From Ylistrum balloti (taxonomy: Eukaryota): DNA of 64,000 nt. The notes beneath the pieces are model-generated. The model did no database searches. It had not been told where the DNA came from and saw nothing but the letters and a program-made list of their open reading frames with translations. Where the stretch lies: the NCBI RefSeq assembly GCF_031769215.1, contig NW_026782003.1:4030001-4094000 (forward strand), written 5' to 3'. Shown piece after piece: positions 56,628-64,000 of this stretch (its first letter is position 1; each line of letters begins with the position of its first letter). A program made the position numbers and the translations under genes.

Positions 56628-59600
56628 TCATATACGCTTCATGGTTTCCAGCTGGACGATGACACCAACGAGACTAAAAACGCTGAGGATAGCCAGGCAT
56701 ATGACAGGATAGACAATGCGACTCCTCCAGTAAGATTTTGTACACAACATCACCACCATTCCTTTTCCTGTACATAGTAACAGATTAATTCAATATGTTA
56801 GGTGTCTGATTTTATCACCATTTAAGCAAGCTATGTAGTTACTCAAATGTAACTCACTCCAATGTACGCCCAGAAAATAAATATTTACATTTAAAAACTA
56901 CATATTTTCTCAAAACAGCAATAGGTGCGCCTGTTTAGCGTCATTGACGACGCAATAAGAACACAATTTTATCAAGAGCACGTGATTAAACTGACGGTTT
57001 TTTTTTTTTTTTTTACTATTTGCACATTTAAATTACAGTTATGTAAAATTTGTAACCAAACATCTTGCAGTCGTATAAATACACTCATTGTTGTTGGTAA
57101 GCCATCTAGAAATTATGCAAAGCAAGTATAAATATTTATACAAAGTATGCCAAACATGTATTCTGACCTCGCGAGGCATACGAGGAAAGTGAGGACGTCT
57201 TGGGGTCAGTTACTGACGTTCTGCGAGGAAAATGTCCCCTTAGAGGAATTCCTTCAGTTGTGATGTAAGTCTAGTTTTGAATAAATAGAACCCCTGTATT
57301 GAATGGCAGATTCAATTTGACCTCATACAGGCACAACTGGGTTTCATACTGGTACAATAAAAGAGAAAATAAAAGAGAAATGAGGACCAAACACCATTCA
57401 CCCCAGATCTGTATCTCACCCTTCAAAATTCCTACAAGCGCGACGTCCGTATAAGCTGCCTACAATAGTGTGACTACAATGTGAAGGAACAATACCATCA
57501 GGAAAGGGGCAATGATCGCTTGTGAAGAAATTCGTATATATATAAGTCAAAAAGATATGAAATACTTTAACAAATACTTTATTCCTATATTGTTCATTAA
57601 TACAAGTATTTTAGAAGGAGGAGGAGGAGGAGGAGGAGGAGGAGAGCATTTTACTCTAAGCGCAACAAATGCTGAAATACTGGACGCAGTTTCAGCTGAT
57701 CCAGGAAATCGGAAATTTTTGACCGGAGTGTCAGCTGGTTAATGAAATCGGAAATACTGAACGGAGTGTCATCTGGTCAAGGAAATAGGAAAAACTGAAC
57801 GGAGTGTCATCTGGTCAAGGAAATAGGAAAAACTGAACGGAGTGTCAGCTGGTCAAGGAAATCGGAAATTTTGGTCGAAGTGTCAACTGGTCAAGGAAAT
57901 CGGAAATTTTGGCCGGAGTGTCGGCCGGTCAAGGAAATCAGAAATAGTGACCGGAGTGTCAGCTGGTCAAGGAATTCGACAGCACTATTTTGTTACATTG
58001 ACACCTAATATTAAGATCTACATTCAATCGATATATACTGACCTTGACGTACAGCGATTTCCTGTTGAAGTTTTCTCCTGTGCTTCAAATTTAAAAATGT
58101 AAGTTGGTCTGTACTGTTGGATCTAACGTCAAAGAAGTAATTCTGGAAACCCTGATACCTGTCTGCAGTTGTCTGTTGGACAATAGAACATTGAATTAAA
58201 TTATTTTTTCATATACTTATTTCAAGCCACTTCAATGCTCAGGTATACTTTCAGTAAGATCAGACGTGATCAGAGATTCTGTTTTTGGTAGGAATTTCAT
58301 ACTGACAGAGACATGAACAGATAGAAAGACATAGAGCATAGAAGCCGTAAAACAAAAGGAATGACAGAGAGAACACGGCAGAGATAAAACAGAGCAATGA
58401 CAACACAGAGATTACAGCAGAAATAAAACAGAACAAAGACATCACAGAGATTACAGCAGAAATAAAACAGAGCAAAGACATCACAGAGATTACAGCAGAA
58501 ATAAAACAGAGCAAAGACATCACAGAGATTACAGCAGAAATAAAACAGAGCAAAGACAACACAGAGATTACAGCAGAAATAAAACAGAACAAAGACATCA
58601 CAGAGATTACAGCAGAAATAAAACAGAGCAAAGACAATACAGAGATTACAGCAGATAAAACAGAACCATGACAACATAGAGATTGCAGCAGAAATAAAAC
58701 AGAACAAAGAAATCAGAGAATACAGTAGAAATAAAAACAGAGCAAAGACAATACAGAGATTACAGCAGAAATAAAACAGAGCAAAGACAACACAGAGATT
58801 ACAGCAGAAATAAAACAGAGCAAAGACAACACAGAGAATACATCGGAAATAAAACAGAGCAAAGACAACACAGAGATTACAGCAGAAATAAAACAGAACA
58901 AAGACATCACAGAGAACATGACAGAAATAAAACAGAACAAAGACATCACAGAGAACATGACAGAAATAAAACAGAACAAAGACATCACAGAGAACATGAC
59001 AGAAATAAAACAGAACAAAGACATCACAGAGAACATGACAGAAATAAAACAGAACAAAGACATCACAGAGAACATGACAGAAATAAAACTAATGAAAAGC
59101 GACATTAAAAAAACATTGCAAAAATATGAAAGAAAGTGATCATTAGAACACAGACAAAGTAAAATGAAAAACAACGCGGACAAAGATTCATTAGGAGAGA
59201 AAAAGAACAAGGAACAGAACACAAACATAACGAAGAGTTAAAACCGCACAATCTCTACCCTGACTTAAAGTCATAATCAGAGATGTTTTATGGCACCAGT
59301 ATCAAAAGTGCAATCTTCATGTTTCCAGTCAAATCTATCAGCGTAAAAAATTATTTAAGGTCATGATGTACGACTCAACCTGAAGTTTTACATATACGAC
59401 TTGTAATCTATGGACGAATCACTGTACTCTAGACTAGTTGTTTTACCTCTGCTAAAAACAGCATCCGTCTCAGCTTCTTCTTGTTCTTGGTGATAGTGTA
59501 AATGGCGATGATGTGATACATAAGCAGAACACACAAAATGGCGGCATTTGTGATGTTGATAACTGTGTTCTCACAGTAACAGGCTATCTGTGAGGAAATG

Positions 59601-61388
59601 ATAAAAATACTAGAAAATTGAAATAAATAATTTGCTAAAAGAATTTCTAGGAATTCCAATAAAGATATGGGATGGTTTTGCTAAAAGCGATCATGATGCC
59701 TTCTATTCTTGTCGCTTACGACAAATTCTTAGTCAGGCCGATCAGGTCTCAAAGGTGTGACTTCAGACGATTTAATAATATTTTTAATATTCTTGTTCTT
59801 TAAATAACTTTGTTTCAAATCAAACAAGAACACGTTTCACTGACTTGATTTCTGTATGTAACAAACGCCTGCAGATCTAAATTTCTTTTGCATATTATTT
59901 AAATATATCTATATATAAGCAATACTTTATTTGTAAATATATGTATCGTACCAAACAAACATTTAATCTCAAATCTGTGACTCACCGGAATGACACAGCA
60001 AGAATAGACGCAAAGGAAGTACCACGTGACAAGAGCAAACACGTCACCGATATTGCTGCTGGCGCCACCAACCGGAAGCACCCGGAATACACGTGGTTCT
60101 TTGACATCATTGGCTGCCTTCAGAAATTCCGCGTGAGCAATCAAGGTGTTGTGGCAAATATATGGCCTAGAATGATAAAAAAATAAAATGTGTAAGCTTA
60201 TTTTGCTATCGGGTCAACAAACTAACAATACTTTAAACCAATAAAGAACAGAACGTGTTTGCATTACCGATTCCAAACACAGCATAATGTTGAAATTGAT
60301 AATGAAATGACGATTGAAATCTGCTGAGGCGTTCAAGAGGGGAAGCCTTTAAAGTAATTTTGTTCCTAACGGCCTTTTTTAGGGCTCCGCTCCCATGTTC
60401 CGAAAGGTCGAATCGACTTAATTTATTCAAGAAACCATTATCCTCACCAATGATGTTTCAAACCAAATTTGGTTGAAATTCGCATAGGCATTCAACAGGA
60501 TGAACGACTGGTCAAGAAATAGGTATATGTAGGTATACCATCCCCGGGCATGCTTAACAGTTACTGTCTAAAATCAACTGTTTACGCAAATGTTTGGTGG
60601 AATGAACTCAATGAGAGGCGTGATGTCTTCTCACTATCCATTATACTTGAATTATCCATTATCAGAAACATAAACACACAAAACGTATGTTAAAAAAGAA
60701 ATTAATGAACAGAAATAGGCAACAGTGGTAAAGACAAAATGGACAGATATGTAACATCCACAGGACAATGCACGAACTGACCAAATAATCAAGTGATCGA
60801 TCACCTATTAGATGACAAAAGAGTTTTTTTTATGTTTAACGAGAAGTAACACCTTCGCAAACAGATACGGTCAAAGGAGGGCGGAGGTCAATGGGGACAC
60901 AACGAGTTGAAAGCGAAGAAAAGAAAGTATTAAGTATTGTATTGGGACAGCAGATCTCTCTTCAATGATCTCTTAGTAGAAAAGATGGCAGAAAACTACC
61001 GATTCTACAGGAGACACGCTTTTCGTCGCATCCTCCTATCAAGTAGTGGAAAACAGCAGGCCCTAATCTTGGGTTCTCCGATGTCCCCTTAACAGAAGGC
61101 GTCGGTGAAATAACACCTGGTCAGTCAGGGGCTTCCGTAGTCATCTATAACGACATGCAGTGAGATACAACAGGGATATTTTTCCTCGTCTACTGTCGGG
61201 TTCAGCAATAAGGAAATGGAGTGTGTTGTAATTACAAGCTCATGTGATCATATATTTGAGTGACAGAATTATAAATAGCCGAGCTCCTTGTATACTTACC
61301 CTTCCCGGAAGCTGGTCAGTGGTCCTTTATCTCTTATTTCCAGTCTATGACTGGGTCGTTCCTCAAGGTCAATGTTTGTAGTGTCCAT
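56628..61388 (-). CDS. uncharacterised multi-pass membrane protein, minimal model 226 aa
   Basis: Phase-consistent GT-AG exons 61388-61300 (MDTTNIDLEE...), 60166-59986, 59587-59447, 58172-58043 and 56767-56628 total 681 nt. Hydrophobic segments: VFALVTWYFLCVYSCCVIPIACY, AAILCVLLMYHIIAIY, IVYPVICLAILSVFSLVGVIV. Extra candidate exons 57518-57420 and 57270-57168 do not fit unambiguously. No family recognised. Confidence 0.62.
57685..57975. repeat. 38-bp minisatellite, ~7.5 copies, preceded by (GGA)n at 57616-57643
   Basis: Unit cggagtgtcaKctggtcaaggaaatMggaaaWactgaa. Confidence 0.9.
58370..59090. repeat. 39-bp purine-rich intronic minisatellite, ~18 copies
   Basis: Unit acagagattacagcagaaataaaacagagcaaagacatc; a gaacatgac variant is clustered at 58910-59050. 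Confidence 0.95.
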
Positions 61389-61959
61389 TCGTCATGTCGT
61401 TTACCCCATGAATCCGTGTTATCTACGTCTGTTGATTACTGCTTCTGAAATATTGAAAATATGTATCTCCTAATTGAACACTGATATATACTCATAAACT
61501 ACCTGGAAAAGTCATCACTTAAAAATTAGATGACACTTCAAACATCTGTCGACCGACAACGGCTATCAACATTGAAATCTTCCAAGCGATTCATCGGTTT
61601 AAGTCAATCTTTTTTGCGCCCACTGGACCGTTTCGTCAATATAGTTATGACAACAATATCCTGGCTAGCTATACATGTCTACCTGTCGTTAAGTCTCGCC
61701 GTGCATAGCTATATTAACGTAGAAGTCGGGTACACCGGTGACGGATCAATACATACAAGTCCTTGTGGCATATAAAGATGATGAACGTGACTCAGGTGAT
61801 GTGGCAGCCTCGATATATTAGATACCAAGACAAACCTGACGTGATTGAATTACAGTGAAACATAGAGATTGTATATATAAAACTCTATTTATTTTACAAT
61901 AATTGCGAAACAAGTTATATCAACTTATACTAATCACTCTTGTTGGCCCGGATGTAAGC

Positions 61960-62030
61960 GCGCGAGGGGTCTTATTGTGGGAGGAAACCGGAGAACCCGG
62001 GGAAAACCCACGTGGTCAGGCAGGTAAAAA
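61960..62030 (-). mobile_element. V-SINE-like core fragment
   Basis: ttgtgggaggaaaccggagaacccggggaaaacccacg matches the recalled GGAGGAAACCGGAG.ACCCGGAG.AAACCCAC motif of V-domain SINEs; not verified by search. Confidence 0.45.
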
Positions 62031-62649
62031 ATTAATTGTTTGGTGACAATATCATTTTCAGAAAACTGGCATTTGATTACAGGTTTATTATGCAAAACAA
62101 ACATGACTGAGTACCGACTTTATATTTTCAGGGATCCTTAAAAACATAGGGCAGGATGAAATTTATCAGACATGAAAACATGCAATGTGTGAAAAGACAA
62201 AGCCCTTAAAATGGCTGAGCATTTGATAACTTGTGTAGGTAAAAATACTGAAAGGACTATGAAAAAAAGGCACAAAGAAAGCACACGATATCTAGGTGTT
62301 TTTTCCTGTTAGAATTGTCTCCCTTATATGAATGTACCACCGCTGTAATGCGACCGGTTTCACATTTTTATTCCATAACGTCGAGAAACGGTTCAGCGAT
62401 AAAGGAATGTATTTTTCATTAATTTACAGAATAATGCGTGTTTGAACGCAGCATGCTTTGCAATACATATGCAGATATCTCGATACGAAAGGAGCAAATT
62501 ACAATTTCCATTTCTCATTCACGCGATAACAGGACAAGATTAACAGGTAGGCATCTTGGTTTATTACCTAATTCTTTTCCTTATTACAAAGTAATTGAAA
62601 ACTTAAAATTCATGTAATCAGTTATATTCATTTATACTAAAACTATTTA

Positions 62650-63150
62650 AATTCGTCGCGGTTCGATTTCGAGGTCATTTCTCCATTGAGTACTGCTTCA
62701 GGTTTTCCGACAAAAGAAAATAAAGGAAACGCACGCGGAAAGGGAGATAATTATGTCAAGTATCTGTGTTTAATTCACACATACTAGTCTTAAAAGAACT
62801 CCGCTCTGAATAGAGAGTAGCGTTTGCCAGGGACGTTTAATACCGCTGGATAAAAAACTAGACTCCGTGGTGACTTCTCGGGCGTTAGCTTTCGTGTTTG
62901 TTCACTGATCCATGAAGTCGTGAAGTCCCCTCTTCTTACTAAAGCTTCTATCATCCACCTGTGCCTCTATGATGCAGCTTACTTAGTGTGGACATAGAAC
63001 TGACCGCCGTGACCAGAACCATTTTGTCGACCAAAATAACACTAATAAATAAAAGAAACTATCACAAAGGTTACGTCTGAAAATTACTCGTTCTTTTAAT
63101 GTCATCAATGTAAAGATGGCTCCCATATTTCGAGCAGAAAATGGTAAATG
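62650..63150. promoter_or_regulatory. CpG-enriched, possibly bidirectional promoter region
   Basis: CpG-rich patch; minus-strand donor taa|gtaagc at 62982 (candidate 5'UTR exon of the membrane-protein gene); plus-strand aagatggct...aatg|gtaaat at ~63113-63145. Confidence 0.3.
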
Positions 63151-63468
63151 ATATAGGACGATATTTCAGTTGTTTTGATATAGCTTAAACATGCATTTTG
63201 TTTTACAAGCATCAAAAGTGAACAGCAATTATTTGTCACAAAAGTTCAGTCAATTTGAAAATTGTTTCTTAATACTATTTCCATAGAAGACTATGAAATG
63301 TATGAAAACAGCTGGTTGACTCGAAATTCTTCGCTACAGAGTTACAAAGTGATATAGACATTTCTTATCCGGCGGGAAGCTCTATATTGATAACATGTTT
63401 AAGACAACGTGTCTTTCACATCCAAAAAGACAGATCCCAAGAACTGATCCATCCGAGAAAAATTCGTC

Positions 63469-63632
63469 CGGAAGTGAAAGGCATCGAGCATTCGGAAGTG
63501 AAAGGCATGGAGCATTCGGAAGCGATAGGCATCGAGCATTCGGAAGTGAAAGGCATGGAGCATTCGGAAGTGATTGGCATCGAGCATTCGGAAGCGATAG
63601 GTACCGAGCATTCGGAAGTGAAAGGCATGGCG
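63469..63632. repeat. 24-bp minisatellite with alternating variants, ~7 copies
   Basis: gagcattcggaagtgaaaggcatg alternates with gagcattcggaagcgataggcatc-type units. Confidence 0.92.
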
Positions 63633-64000
63633 CATAGATGCTCTGCACTTTACCTGTAGATATTGTTAATAAAAAAAATTTGATAGCATTTTCGTGAACC
63701 TAAATTTATTTGACTTACTTTGCATTATTTCTAAACCTAGATATGGTTTTACTAGAATTGAACAGGTATGAAATGAAATCCCTTCATACCTGCAAGTACC
63801 CCACTTATAACGCCAACCGATATCATGACTTCACAATATGCACATACACACATATCTCTTGATACTTTTAACCGAGAATGTCATATGACATGTAAGCTTC
63901 GCTCTTTCCTGATTCGTATTATAAACAAAAATATATCTGGATAACTTAGGAGAAACTAACAATGTGCTTTTCCATCCAGAATGGGACAAGGTATACAGTT

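Noticed and set aside
58260-59228. Long hydrophobic ORFs (VISVMSLLCFISA repeats)
   Set aside because: In-frame translation of the 39-bp intronic minisatellite.
60900-61800. GC-richer patches at 60900-61200 and 61500-61800 as coding exons
   Set aside because: No open frame bounded by compatible splice sites; only 61300-61444 fits the gene model.
63110-63150. Possible first coding exon MAPIFRAEN on plus
   Set aside because: Only a YY1-like ATG context and a moderate donor; no matching downstream exon inside the window.
63382-63659. Five overlapping ORFs on both strands
   Set aside because: Produced by the 24-bp repeat; no splice or domain support.

Overview
AT-rich animal genomic DNA with GT-AG introns. 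The repeat content suggests a bivalve mollusc, but that is inference. I reconstructed the spliced genes by hand from splice sites and reading phase. (1) YIPF1 (YIPF1/2 family), minus strand, 8 coding exons, 384 aa, with a long Pro/Lys-rich tail. (2) A divergently transcribed ASIC-clade DEG/ENaC channel, plus strand, 10 exons, about 928 aa. One 1429-nt exon places about 445 residues where the knuckle is about 25-35 residues in ASIC1. (3) A tandem array of four GT31 (beta-1,3-galactosyltransferase/brainiac-like) genes, each with one coding exon: three intact, one 3'-truncated. The stems differ sharply (two short, one 23x8-aa charged repeat, one ~7.5x17-aa Gln-rich repeat), and a 194-nt catalytic block is 191/194 identical between genes 1 and 3. 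(4) An unidentified multi-pass membrane protein gene, minus strand, ~56.6-61.4 kb. Also present: a Mutator element with both TIRs and a 9-bp TSD, decayed LINEs, MITEs, a V-SINE-like fragment and about a dozen minisatellites. No CRISPR, rRNA or tRNA is supportable. The best candidates for novelty are the giant-knuckle DEG/ENaC and the mosaic GT31 array.
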